A DNA stretch of 63,886 nt, filler included, from Pirum gemmata (lineage: Eukaryota): the NCBI GenBank assembly GCA_002812295.1. It is 27 parts of 27 records of this genome, joined end to end, with 100 filler letters (N's around TTAATTAATTAA, not from the genome) between each part and the next. Parts side by side here need not be neighbours in the genome. Positions count along the whole stretch, not along the records: positions 1 to 2,045 come from PDIN01008715.1; positions 2,146 to 4,214 come from PDIN01008716.1; positions 4,315 to 6,371 come from PDIN01008717.1; positions 6,472 to 8,560 come from PDIN01008718.1; positions 8,661 to 10,726 come from PDIN01008719.1; 22 more parts are not named here. One strand, given 5' to 3'. The notes under the pieces are model-generated. The model worked only from the letters and a program-made list of their open reading frames with translations, ran no database searches and was not told the DNA's origin. This document shows, one piece after another, positions 1 to 10,344 of this stretch. Position 1 is the stretch's first letter. The number at the start of each line of letters is the position of its first letter. Made by a program: the position numbers and the translations under genes.

Positions 1-148
1 GGTTAGGGTTAGGGTTAGGGTTAGGATTATAATTAGGGTTAGGGTTAGGGTTGAGTTATAATTAGGGTTGGGGTTAGGGTTGGGGTTAGGGTTATAATTA
101 GGGTTAGGGTTAGGGTTGGGGCTAGGGTTATAATTAGGGTTAGGGTTA
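1..148 (+). repeat. Degenerate (TTAGGG)n telomere-like array
   Basis: Read directly. Similar arrays in either orientation lie at about 949-1188, 13427-13600, 14926-15077, 15178-15600, 16200-16468, 25127-25413, 38064-38177, 39152-39285, 48275-48342, 56939-57087, 58440-58590, 59532-59574, 59675-60310, 60514-60767, 61562-61700 and 63715-63886. Confidence 0.95.
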
Positions 149-290
149 ACGTTAGCTATAGGACATCGATATTCGATATATCGTCACTAACGCTGGCTCC
201 TCCAAGCTAGCTAGGAGCAAACTCGAACCACTAATGGCAAGTACTAGCTAGACCTACTGCTAGACTAGCTAGTGATTCAATCCTTTATTA

Positions 291-938
291 TTATTGAACT
301 ATTAATATTATTTGTGTAACCTCGTGATCATTACTAATAAACCTTTGTTCACATTGTTTTTGTTTACACTTTTAAAAACTTTACTACTACATACCAATTT
401 GTAATTCGTTTTTTATTGATTACTCCGCAATACCCACAAGCTTTTGATGTATGTATTAATAATTCATCACCCTCAATCACTGTACAATGACTAGCTAGTG
501 AGACAAATTGCTTTTGGTTATCATGCGCGCGTTGTCTGAATTTGTAATGGGAGCAAAAGTTAGCATTCCCTGTACAGTTTTGGAGTGAATCTTCCGAACT
601 TTCTTTGTACATAATTAAATTTCGAAATTCGGGATTACGATTATTTTATAATGTGGAACCCAACCACGTACTTAATTGCAACTTTTTGTGAATTTCATTA
701 TAATAATTTGTTTTCGATTTGACTGCTTTTAATATTCCTTCGTTTTGCGTCGTCCTTTTTTACCATGTTGACTTCTCATTTTCATTTCTGGTCCATAAAC
801 ACGACTGATTAAAATTATAATATATTTATCTAAACTTTAATGTAGGTACAATGAAAAATTTAAAGCTCGTTTCATATCGATATCGTCTTTACCCCATTCA
901 GAACAAAACCCATTGGTATTGTATGTTGTCATTTGCAA
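291..938 (-). pseudogene. Degenerate Fanzor2 / TnpB-like RuvC + zinc-finger RNA-guided endonuclease (C-terminal half)
   Basis: Minus-strand translation across frameshifts gives, in order: MTTYNTNGFCSEWGKDDI, LDK, NEIHKKL(QL)STWL, HYKIIVIPNFEI, KKVRKIHSKTVQGMLTF/SHYKFRQR, VIEGDE..HTSKACGYCGVIN, KLVCSSKVFK/CKQKQC, NDHEVTQIILI*. This follows the recalled Fanzor2/IS607-TnpB motif order (..EWG..D, DELHKKL..WL, Y..I.LP.F, RKI.SKT...ML.WSHY.FRQRL, V.E.YTSK.C..CG, K.F.C..C, DRD.N.A.NIL). The RuvC-I DPG motif is absent; a TTAGGG array begins there. Confidence 0.85.
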
Positions 939-1451
939 GAGTTATAATTAGGGTTAGAGTTAGAGTTAGGGTTAGGGTTAACGGTAGGGGTTATAACTAA
1001 ATTAGGAGGGTTAGGAGTTAGGGTTAGGGGTTAGGGGTTAGGGTTAGAGGTTAGGGGTTAGGGTAAGGGTAAGGGTTAGGGGTTAGGGTAAGGGTTTTAT
1101 TTGGATTAGGGTAAGGGTTTTATTAGGGTTAGGGTTAGGGGTTAGGGTTAGGGACCTTAGGGTTAGGGTTAGGGTTAGGGTTAGGGTAACTACATCATCA
1201 GGAATGGAGCGCGGCACTGAAAAAAATACATCGTTTTTTGTTTCTTTCTCGAAAAGACGAAAGTGGGGTCATACATGCGTTTCTTTTTTTCATTGTGAAT
1301 AATAAAGCCTCTTCGATTTTTATCTTCAGTTCCGTCGTATATACCTAACCCTAACCCTACAATAAATAAATTTTATGTTTACAAGGACTTTGAAGTTTAC
1401 CAATTTTGAATAAAAAGCAATTACTGTATTATACTCACTATTATTACCGTT

Positions 1452-1698
1452 AGCTACAACAAGACTTAGTATCGATAAATGACCTCCATGTTCTCGTTAA
1501 GTACATTATTAAAATCATAAATCAATCAAGCCGAGACGAGAAAATGAATAATTAAATCTGAAAACACAGCATTAACTTTTTCATATATCTGTGTTAATTA
1601 AGAGCTACATCAAGTATCGATAAATGACCTCCATGTTCTCGTTACATATCTTATTAAAATTATAAATCAATCAAGTCGAGATGAGAAAATGATTAAAT
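1452..1698 (+). repeat. Imperfect direct duplication (~100 bp, two copies)
   Basis: AGTATCGATAAATGACCTCCATGTTCTCGTTA...AAATCAATCAAG(C/T)CGAGA(C/T)GAGAAAATGA starts at 1468 and again at 1613. Confidence 0.9.
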
Positions 1699-2045
1699 GC
1701 TGTCTTTTGCTTTCGTTCACAACATAAAAATGTTTATACTTTTATTTTTAATGAAAAACCATCGGCACACACAACTATAAATAAACCACTCGAGTGCAAT
1801 GCTGTTCATATAGGATATTCTCAACCCTAACCCTAACCCTAACCCCAATCTCAAGTTACTACTACTATTATTTTATTTTATGAAAAAATATATCTTTTAT
1901 TTATTTATTTTTGTTTTGTTTTTTGGTTTTATTTTTATTTTTATTATTTTTTTATTTATTTTAAAATCGATTTTAAACAATGAAAATTGGTTTTTTAAAT
2001 TAAAATATTTTTCTTTTGCAACTCAAATGTATAATAATAATAATA

Positions 2046-2145
2046 NNNNNNNNNNNNNNNNNNNNNNNNNNNNNNNNNNNNNNNNNNNNTTAATTAATTA
2101 ANNNNNNNNNNNNNNNNNNNNNNNNNNNNNNNNNNNNNNNNNNNN
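2046..2145. other. Artificial contig linker (first of 26): 44 N + TTAATTAATTAA + 44 N
   Basis: The same 100-bp unit starts at 2046, 4215, 6372, 8561, 10727, 12889, 15078, 17208, 19376, 21564, 23752, 25909, 28920, 31081, 33238, 38222, 40378, 42518, 45470, 47628, 49816, 52005, 54172, 57465, 59575 and 61701. The 12-mer is palindromic with stops in all six frames, a typical concatenation spacer. Confidence 0.98.
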
Positions 2146-2450
2146 TTATTATATATTTTTACTAAACATTTATCAAATTAGTATAAAATGTAAACAGTTC
2201 ATAATATAATATTAACCTTTTATTTTTTTTATTTTTTAAGTATTTTAAAAAATTAAAATTTTCAAAATTATGTAAACATTTCTTTTATTTTTTAAGTTTT
2301 TTAAAATTTTCAAAATTTTGGTTCATAATAATATTATATACTGTTTAAGTTTATAATTGAACTTGTTAATAAAAAACCACATTGAAATCAACTACCAAAT
2401 AATTATTGATTTGATACGTTTATTTTAGTTTTTGAACTGGACAACACATA

Positions 2451-2555
2451 TGACGTCATAATAGATTTAGGGTGAACAGCTTGACTTAATTGAAATAAAT
2501 TATAATTAAGTAATATTATGAATTTAAGTGACGTCATAGAAATTGAGTGACGTCA
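2451..2555. promoter_or_regulatory. Cluster of three perfect CRE/ATF palindromes (TGACGTCA)
   Basis: TGACGTCA at 2451, 2529 and 2548 in very AT-rich intergenic DNA just past the GT14 stop codon. Probably the promoter of a next gene beyond the contig edge (inference). Confidence 0.5.
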
Positions 2556-2606
2556 TATAGACCATAAGTGGACCCCTCGAATACAAGTGTTTATATATAT
2601 ATTAAA

Positions 2607-4028
2607 TTAACCTTTAAGAAAGTTTTTAATAAAAGTTGGATCCTTAAGCACTTTTTCATTAATTAAATCAGTATAAAATGTAAACATCTCTTTCCAAGTA
2701 TAATAGGTTTTAGCTTGGGTTTCTGATTCTTTCAACACTTGAGGCTTATAAACATGACTAAATAATTTTTCTACAATTTTCTTAGTTTCATTGACTTGAG
2801 GTACCTTACGTAAGTGAGTAGTGCCGACGTCATTTCTAAATATATCCCAACGTTCAAGTCCATTAACTTTATGATCCATGAATTTTTCAGAAACCATCAT
2901 TTTTGGTATATTCCATAATGATTTTACATGTTCAGCTAACTCAATTTCTTTGTTATTTTTTTTTACATACTCATTATTCAGATATGTCGGCCAAAAATGC
3001 TCATCGGGAATAAACACGGTTTCAAAAAATTCTAAATATTCTTTGAAGATTTTACTGTTTTCACCTAATAAGGTTTCGTGTAGAACTTTTTTGGTTAAAG
3101 CTTTCCATTGGGCGCCTTTCGCGAGTGGATGTTCACTGCGAGCTAAGACGCTATTCCACACAGTGCCGTTCAAAACTTTTTTCTGCCAAGCGTCTAAAAC
3201 AGCGGGGCCAGTACGATTATAAATTTCAGTTTTACTTTTACCTTCTACTCTGTAAATACACCCACCGCAATCATAATATAATGCTTTTGTTCTTTCGACT
3301 TTATCAAAATTCACACCATCCGTCCAAATAGAGGCGTAAGCAGTGTTGGGTTTGTAAATATTCATCATTTCGTCAATATTTTTCACTGGTAAAGCTGTTG
3401 CGGAGGTTAGAATTGCGTGAGAAAAATCTAAATTGAGTTCAAAGGCCTTTAAATAACCAATAATCTCTTTGTAAACTAAAGACGATCCTCCCCAAGAACC
3501 ATGAATGGAGTAATTTTTTTCAATAACGTTAATGTTTTTTCGACTATTCCATCGGTCAAAGTATTGCTGGGTATTTACGCGAGCTTCGCCATGGTTTTTG
3601 TATAATCGCTCATCTGGTACAACAATATAATGATGACGATTTTCATTATCGAAAATAGGACTCTCAGTAGATAGCCAATATTCCATTAACTCTAAATCTG
3701 TAGGTGCGTGAATAATGAAAACAAACAACATATTTCGTTCTTGTTGTTGTGGTTGTTGTTGTTTTTGTTTTTCTGTTACACTGTCTAGTTTCAAAATACG
3801 TTGAGTCTCTAAGTTTTCTACAATTTGAAAATATTCTTTAACCCGATTTTGTTGTGGGTTATGGATGGTGCTGGAGTTAAAGTATTGTTCCAGGCAAGTA
3901 TCACTTATCACTTGTGGCCCACGACCATCACAATGTGGGCTAAACATGTTGGCAGCATGAGGAGGGGGTGCTGCTGCTTTAGCAGAGCCAATTGTTAGGC
4001 ATGCAACTACAAGAGTACTAAACAACAT
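2607..4028 (-). CDS. Core-2/I-branching (GT14, Branch family) glycosyltransferase, secreted or Golgi-type
   Basis: Intact 473-aa ORF with an N-terminal signal peptide. Family motifs: FVFIIHA, SWGGSSLV, FSHAILTSATALPVK, GAQWKALT, FF..VFIPDEHFWPT.LNN. Confidence 0.88.
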   Translation of the reverse strand: MLFSTLVVACLTIGSAKAAAPPPHAANMFSPHCDGRGPQVISDTCLEQYFNSSTIHNPQQNRVKEYFQIVENLETQRILKLDSVTEKQKQQQPQQQERNMLFVFIIHAPTDLELMEYWLSTESPIFDNENRHHYIVVPDERLYKNHGEARVNTQQYFDRWNSRKNINVIEKNYSIHGSWGGSSLVYKEIIGYLKAFELNLDFSHAILTSATALPVKNIDEMMNIYKPNTAYASIWTDGVNFDKVERTKALYYDCGGCIYRVEGKSKTEIYNRTGPAVLDAWQKKVLNGTVWNSVLARSEHPLAKGAQWKALTKKVLHETLLGENSKIFKEYLEFFETVFIPDEHFWPTYLNNEYVKKNNKEIELAEHVKSLWNIPKMMVSEKFMDHKVNGLERWDIFRNDVGTTHLRKVPQVNETKKIVEKLFSHVYKPQVLKESETQAKTYYTWKEMFTFYTDLINEKVLKDPTFIKNFLKG

Positions 4029-4314
4029 TTTTCTATTATTTATTTATTTATGAATGAATGAATGAATAAATGAATAGTAATTTATTAAACAAAAATTTTG
4101 TAAATAATAATAATAATATTAATAATTTTAATGATAATATAAAAATAAAAAAAAAGATAATTTTTAATTTTAATTTTTTTTTTTTTTTTTTGTGTTTTTT
4201 TTTTGTTTTTTTTTNNNNNNNNNNNNNNNNNNNNNNNNNNNNNNNNNNNNNNNNNNNNTTAATTAATTAANNNNNNNNNNNNNNNNNNNNNNNNNNNNNN
4301 NNNNNNNNNNNNNN

Positions 4315-5876
4315 TGCTCATCAATTTTGATATTTAATTTCTTCACCCTTTCTACATCAATAATGTACTCTATGAGAACATAAGCAGCAGCAAAGCCTTT
4401 CCCATATGAGCGTGGAATCCATGAATAAAATTTCAGGGTATGCTTTTCTCTTCTATAGTCTCTTTCACTTTGTAAGATGTTTATAGTATGACAACAAGAA
4501 GGAAAGAAATGCTGAAGTTTATATATGATTCTCTTGTTTTCCCTTGCAATACTGATTGTTATGTTTTTTTGTTAGAAAGGTTTTTATTAATATGCCTTTC
4601 TTAGTCAAAGGCACATGTGGTAACCAACTTTCCAGACACATTTAATGTTATTCATAATTTTTAGTACTTTTTGTATTTGCATTTGTATTTGTATTTGTAT
4701 TTGTATTTGTATTTGTATTTGTATTTGTATTTGTATTTGTATTTGTATTTGTATTTGTATTTGTACATGTAGTAGTATTTGTATTATTTGATAAAAGTAT
4801 TTTTATTTTATCAATATCTCTTTGCATTATCATTAAAACTCACACCAGTGAAGTATGAAGGTACTTCTCTTCGCTTAACATTTACCGCCTTAAGTAAAGC
4901 TTCAGTAATAATCGGAGAGTAGAATTCCATAGTTTTGGGGTTTATTTGTCCCTCCAAGAATGTAACCAGTTTATCCTCTGGTATATATTAAAGAGCCTAC
5001 AGATTGTTCATGCATGAACTTAACATCAGTCTCAGAAAGGGTAATACCGTTCATAGATTTGCACACGCGAGGATAAGTATCAGTGAATACCAAGCCATTT
5101 CGCACAGCTAGAATGGCTATTTTAAATGTTTCTAAAATGCTATTCATTACACTGTTGTCTAGTTTTTGCTGCAATTCTACCTCTTTTAATATAAGGTCAT
5201 CATTGTAAAAACGTTTAATTACTTCCAGAAGAAGCACCATTTTACTTGGATACGAAACATAGGTTGGATAAAACAAAAATCGTTCATGTTATGTTTTTTT
5301 TTTACCAACCCCATAAGGTTTCTATTTCTGGTTTCATTTAGAGAACTTTTTCTTTTTACAGGGAGGGCAACTTGCAAATGTTTAGTGTAATCTTGACCAC
5401 ATAATAGACAGTAAAGCATAAAGCTGTCCTCGTCGAATTTTTTCTTATCAGAGAACTCTTCACGATGATGCCCATTGAACAATTTACATGACCAGCGATT
5501 ATTCACTTTTTTTTTACTTCCTGTACCAAAAAATCCTAGTAGTGTAATACTTTTCCAGGTCCATACATAACTAAATCATTGTTCATTTTTGATTCTTAGT
5601 ACATTTGTGTGTCAGCTTCACAAGGACTTACGATGGTTTGGATTCTCATTTGTTTACAAATTTCTATTATTATTGCAGTCAACTCCCATGTTACTCGAAA
5701 ACGATCTCCTTTGTTACGGTTTGTAGTTTCTTGTTTCTTTGCAGGTGGGGTTCTGCCATCGAAACAAGTATTAGTATAAATCTATTTTGACCAAACATTG
5801 TATCCAATTTATCTTTAACCCATCTTATTTCATTGATAATTTCTTTAATAATTTGATCCACACATAGTTTACACAT
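4315..5876 (-). pseudogene. Frameshifted XPG/Rad2-family (Exo1/FEN1-like) nuclease with an additional C-terminal region
   Basis: Minus-strand motifs in the canonical order: ILILV/FDGRTPPAKKQETTNR (FDG at 5755-5763), in frame with IVSPCEADTQM (EAD at 5611-5619), then NDLVMYGPGKV, FMLYCLLCGQDY (H3TH-like) and FLEGQINPKT. Several stops and frameshifts. An open frame (..FYSWIPRSYGKGFAAAYVLIEY..) runs to the contig edge at 4315. Confidence 0.82.
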
Positions 5877-6168
5877 ACACCATATTATATAGACTAATAA
5901 TACTACTAATAATACTTATCAGTGATATTATAATATAATAAATCATGATAATGGTATTATTATCAAGGGTTTCAAGTCCAATATTCAACAGACTATTATT
6001 AGATACAATAGCTAGAACAAGTGGTAGTAGTGGTAGTGGTGGTAGTGGCGGCGGTGGTGATGGTGGTAGTGTTGTTGGTGTTGGTGGTGGTAATAAAAAC
6101 AGTAATCTTTACAAAAATATTACACATAAAAGCAGCAATCCACCTTCCGAACTACAGTTTATTATGAT

Positions 6169-6285
6169 TTACGATTCAACTTTCACGAATTTGTTAAATT
6201 CATAAAAATGAGGTGCGAGTTCTGGTAACCAAGACGGGTCTATAACCGTTACATCACGGGCGTAGGCTCTATCGGTCAGAACAAC
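6169..6285 (-). CDS. Last exon of a DEAH-box RNA helicase (C-terminal OB-fold; Prp43/DHX35-like)
   Basis: Translates as VVLTDRAYARDVTVIDPSWLPELAPHFYEFNKFVKVES*, matching the DEAH C-terminal motif V.T...Y.RDVT.IDP.WL.ELAPHFY. Preceded by a CAG acceptor (6286-6288) and a CTAAC branch site (6302-6306). Not in the ORF track. Confidence 0.88.
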   Translation of the reverse strand, partial: VVLTDRAYARDVTVIDPSWLPELAPHFYEFNKFVKVES

Positions 6286-7617
6286 CTGATAAGAATCATT
6301 TGTTAGTTGTGTTCTTAATTTATATATAACCCTTACCTTACCCTTACCCTTACCCTTACCCTTACCCTTACNNNNNNNNNNNNNNNNNNNNNNNNNNNNN
6401 NNNNNNNNNNNNNNNTTAATTAATTAANNNNNNNNNNNNNNNNNNNNNNNNNNNNNNNNNNNNNNNNNNNNAACAATATATATATATATATATATATATT
6501 ATCTTTCTTTTATTTGATACTTTTTACATGTTGCACGCGGTAAAAAAGGGGTTACGTATTCTTTTCACATTTATTTAAAAATTCTTCTATAAATTACACA
6601 ACTTGATAATATCACTATTAATATTTTTCTTCTTGTTTTCGTTAAATATTTTATAAAAAAGTAAGGTATTATTATAAATATTCTTAAAAAATTTTGAGTC
6701 TTAATCTTGACTACCAAAACAAATGTTTTTTTCGTTAAACACACAGTTGATTGATAACTCTAGCATATTTTACCCATAAACTTTAAAAAGTATTACACGT
6801 GTTGTCTGAAATATTCTATATTTTGACATCATTTGCATCCCAGGAACTATCCCAGGATTCAATTATCTTTTTCATTTTTAGATTTTAATTTTTTGCAAGC
6901 TAGTCATGTTTTCTGTAATAAGAATTATCTACTATCAAAGTTGTTATTAAGATTGGAAAATTTTTACTTTTGGTTACATTTTTTATAGTTTTTGTTATTT
7001 CTTTTTCTTTGCTGCAGAGGATATCCTTATTTTTACAATTCAATTGTCTCGGTAAAATAGACGATCCAATTCTAAATTTTTTCTAATTTTTCACTAGTTT
7101 ATTATTGTTGTCATCAATTTTTTCTTATTTAATTGGAAAGTTAACTATTGTATCTTTTGACCAATCTGGCCAGTTAGTTTTGTAATCTTGTTCATTATTT
7201 AAAAAAAAAATCACATTAATTAAACATTGTAATGATTACAATAGTTTTCTAATTAAAAGTAAATATTTTGTAAATTTTACTTTTCGTAAATTTTTTCAAA
7301 TAATAAACAATATTGACAAAGTAGATGGTTTGATGATTTATTATAAAAGAGAGAGCTCTTATTCTTTATAACATGACCTTCATTTCCATTCACAGGATCG
7401 ATCACTATAATTTTAGTCACCACTAACTTTGACATTAAAACTGGACCTGTAACACAACCATTAATAACACACTCTTGTCCACATTCACCTCGAAATTTAT
7501 TATGGTAAGTTAAACTATTGTTAAACTTTTCTTGTAACCTTATTGTTAAGTAACACGAAAACTATTTTATTAATTACTACTAAGTTATACAAAAACTATT
7601 ATACACAATCAATAAAT

Positions 7618-7836
7618 GTTGCATTAATTAGGTGACTTCTTTTTCTTTTTTTATGATTAAAAAATTATAATCAAATATTATTAATCAAATAACAGCTCTT
7701 TTGAATTGAGGTGATAAGGGTAAGGGTTAGAGTTAGAGTTGCATTAATTAGGTGACTTCTCTTTCTTTTTTTATGATTAAAAAATCATAACCAGCTATTA
7801 TTAATCAAATAACAGCTGTTTTGAATTCAGATGATA
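7618..7836 (+). repeat. Tandem duplication (~120-bp period) with a short telomere-like spacer
   Basis: GTTGCATTAATTAGGTGACTTCT...CAAATAACAGCT at 7618 and 7738, separated by GGGTAAGGGTTAGAGTTAGA. Confidence 0.88.
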
Positions 7837-7867
7837 ATATTTTCTTGCCTGAAAAATTGTTGTTTTT

Positions 7868-8467
7868 CTAAGAACTAACAATTGAAGCTGCGGATGATCT
7901 TGTAGATGAGTGACGTGTTGATGGTGATGATTTAATAGATGAAAAATCTAGTAATGTTGGTGATGGTGGTGGTGGGCTATATTGAGCATTATAAGCTATA
8001 GTACCACTTTCTATTTTAGAAATAGGATTGAAATAAGTACTCAAACCCTTTCCATTTTTACACTGTAGATTCAAAGCTTTAATCAGTAAGGCATCCAAAC
8101 TTAAAAATAAAGGAAAGCATACTTTCAAAAAATTAAAAAACCCAATAAGTGCTTGTGTTATTTGGCTAAATTGTGCCGTGTATAATAATACAGTTATGAT
8201 TAAGGAAAAAAAATCAATGCAAAGTATTATAAATAAATTACTTTTCAAAATAATAGAAAATAAACCATTTTGAGATTTACCCTTGTTTTTACAACAGATA
8301 TAAATAATACAAACGGAAAAAAACAATTCAACTATCAATAATAAAGTAAAAGCAGGAAAATGGGCTTGGTATATCTCCAGATCGAAAAATGCCTTTCTTT
8401 GGTAACGCACTACACCAACATAAAAACGACAAGCGGAAAATCCTAACAACGATATACCCACTAATAT
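7868..8467 (-). CDS. Terminal exon of a multi-pass membrane protein (about 4 TM segments visible, Ser/Pro-rich tail)
   Basis: Open frame with hydrophobic segments, starting right after a polypyrimidine-CAG acceptor (8468-8470). Layout is compatible with the C-terminal half of a 7TM-like protein; family not recognised. Confidence 0.7.
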   Translation of the reverse strand: MLVGISLLGFSACRFYVGVVRYQRKAFFDLEIYQAHFPAFTLLLIVELFFSVCIIYICCKNKGKSQNGLFSIILKSNLFIILCIDFFSLIITVLLYTAQFSQITQALIGFFNFLKVCFPLFLSLDALLIKALNLQCKNGKGLSTYFNPISKIESGTIAYNAQYSPPPPSPTLLDFSSIKSSPSTRHSSTRSSAASIVSS

Positions 8468-9231
8468 CTGAGAATAAAAAAAAGGTTCAATAAGTAACGT
8501 AATATATTTATATACTAAAAATATAATACAATATTATTATTATTATTATTATTATTATTANNNNNNNNNNNNNNNNNNNNNNNNNNNNNNNNNNNNNNNN
8601 NNNNTTAATTAATTAANNNNNNNNNNNNNNNNNNNNNNNNNNNNNNNNNNNNNNNNNNNNTAATAATTAATTAATAATAATAATAATATATATTAATATT
8701 AATAATACAATACTTAATGATCAAGGAGCTTCTGCAATTAAACCCCAACACAATGGCAATCACAACAATAAATCCTGATGCGCATAATTATAACTCAATC
8801 ATAATGCCAATAAACAAAATGTTTAAAACTCAACTACTAACCATAGATTATACCTTATAGCATAACACTATGATACTATTCACACCCCTAACTCCCAAAT
8901 TATCAACTTACACATACTTTACACATTATCCGATACAATAATTAAATAAATATTAATTAATCAAATGCAATCAAATATGCTATACAATAATTTTAAATAA
9001 ATATTAATCAATCAAATGCAATCAAATAATATGCTAATAATAAAAATATGAGAGGCTAATACTATTAGTTTTTAAAAAACTAAACATAATAACTCTTATT
9101 ATAATACTATATAATATATGAATCATATGATAATATATTAATTATAAATTACCGGTATGATATTAAACTTTATGATATCAGATAATAATAATAGACTATA
9201 TAATATTTCCCATATTATAATAATATCATAA

Positions 9232-9468
9232 TAGTAGGGGTGAGATATCTATTGGAACTTTTTTCGAACAGATGCTTATCGAGCCAACCTTAGTTCCGTG
9301 TTTCTTACTAATTATAGCAGTTAAATAGCTTAAAATAGCAAATATAATTATAATAGATACTAATTAAAGTAATAATATTAACATTAATAGTAATAAAACC
9401 ATAAAATCGGAAAAGTTCCGGCAGCTGTTTGGTAATAATAAAATGACGTCATCTCACCACCCCTACTA
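9232..9468 (+). mobile_element. MITE family A (~235 bp; TIR TAGTAGGGGTGAGAT), full-length copy
   Basis: Starts TAGTAGGGGTGAGAT and ends ATCTCACC(AC)CCCTACTA. Non-coding, with near-identical copies on other contigs. Confidence 0.8.
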
Positions 9469-10154
9469 TTATAATACACAAGTTTAATAATATAATATTA
9501 AATCCATTTAATCTAATTGGGTATGGTTTGTTATCTGTTTATTGGTTTAAAAATGTCAATTTAAAGATTATAACCCACCAAATAAATATTCAGAATGACA
9601 AAATAAATGAAATGCACGATAGGTCTACATCTATTATAATAGATATACAATTAGATATATACATCATATTGACAGCTACATAGTAACATATATGTATTAG
9701 ACAATTATTTAGACTACACTACTACCAGACTACTACCAGATACTAAGAGATTACACTATTAGCAGTCTATTAGCCTACAACTTTTTTTTTTTTAACCTTA
9801 GGTATTTTTCATAAAACCGCAAAGCATTTTGAAGAAAATTATAATTAGAAAATCAGTAAAATCAGTTAGAGAATCATAACTAAATGAGTCTAAATCACAC
9901 TAAAATGGCTGTAATTCCTGTAGAAGTTATCATAATTTAGCATAACTTAGCTTAATTTAGTTCTGTAGAATTCTGTAGACTAATTTGTTCATACAGTTCT
10001 TAACAGCAAAAACATAAAAAAGGACTAAATTCTGTAGACAAAAATCAGTCTCTTTTTTAAAAAATAATTATTATTAAAAAATCTGAGCAGAATTCATGAA
10101 CAAAATCGAAGCGAACAATGTTACGGAAACTTTCTATGTCTACTACTCTAGTAG

Positions 10155-10344
10155 TATAGTGCTTTTCATTTATTTTGTTATTATAAAATAAAAAATAAAT
10201 AGTACCAAATTAATACAATATAAAACCATTTAATTTAATTAGGTATATTTTATTATCTATTTATTGATTTAAAAATGTCAATTTAAAGATTATAACCCTC
10301 CAAATAAATATTCCGAATGATAAAATAAATGAAAAGCACGATAT
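10155..10344 (+). mobile_element. MITE family B (~185 bp; TIR approx. TATAGTGCTTTTCATTTATTTTGT)
   Basis: Starts TATAGTGCTTTTCATTTATTTTG and ends AAAATAAATGAAAAGCACGATAT. Other copies or fragments at about 9490-9621, 35468-35538, 36719-36900, 43894-44073, 44822-44915 and 57932-58105. Confidence 0.82.
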
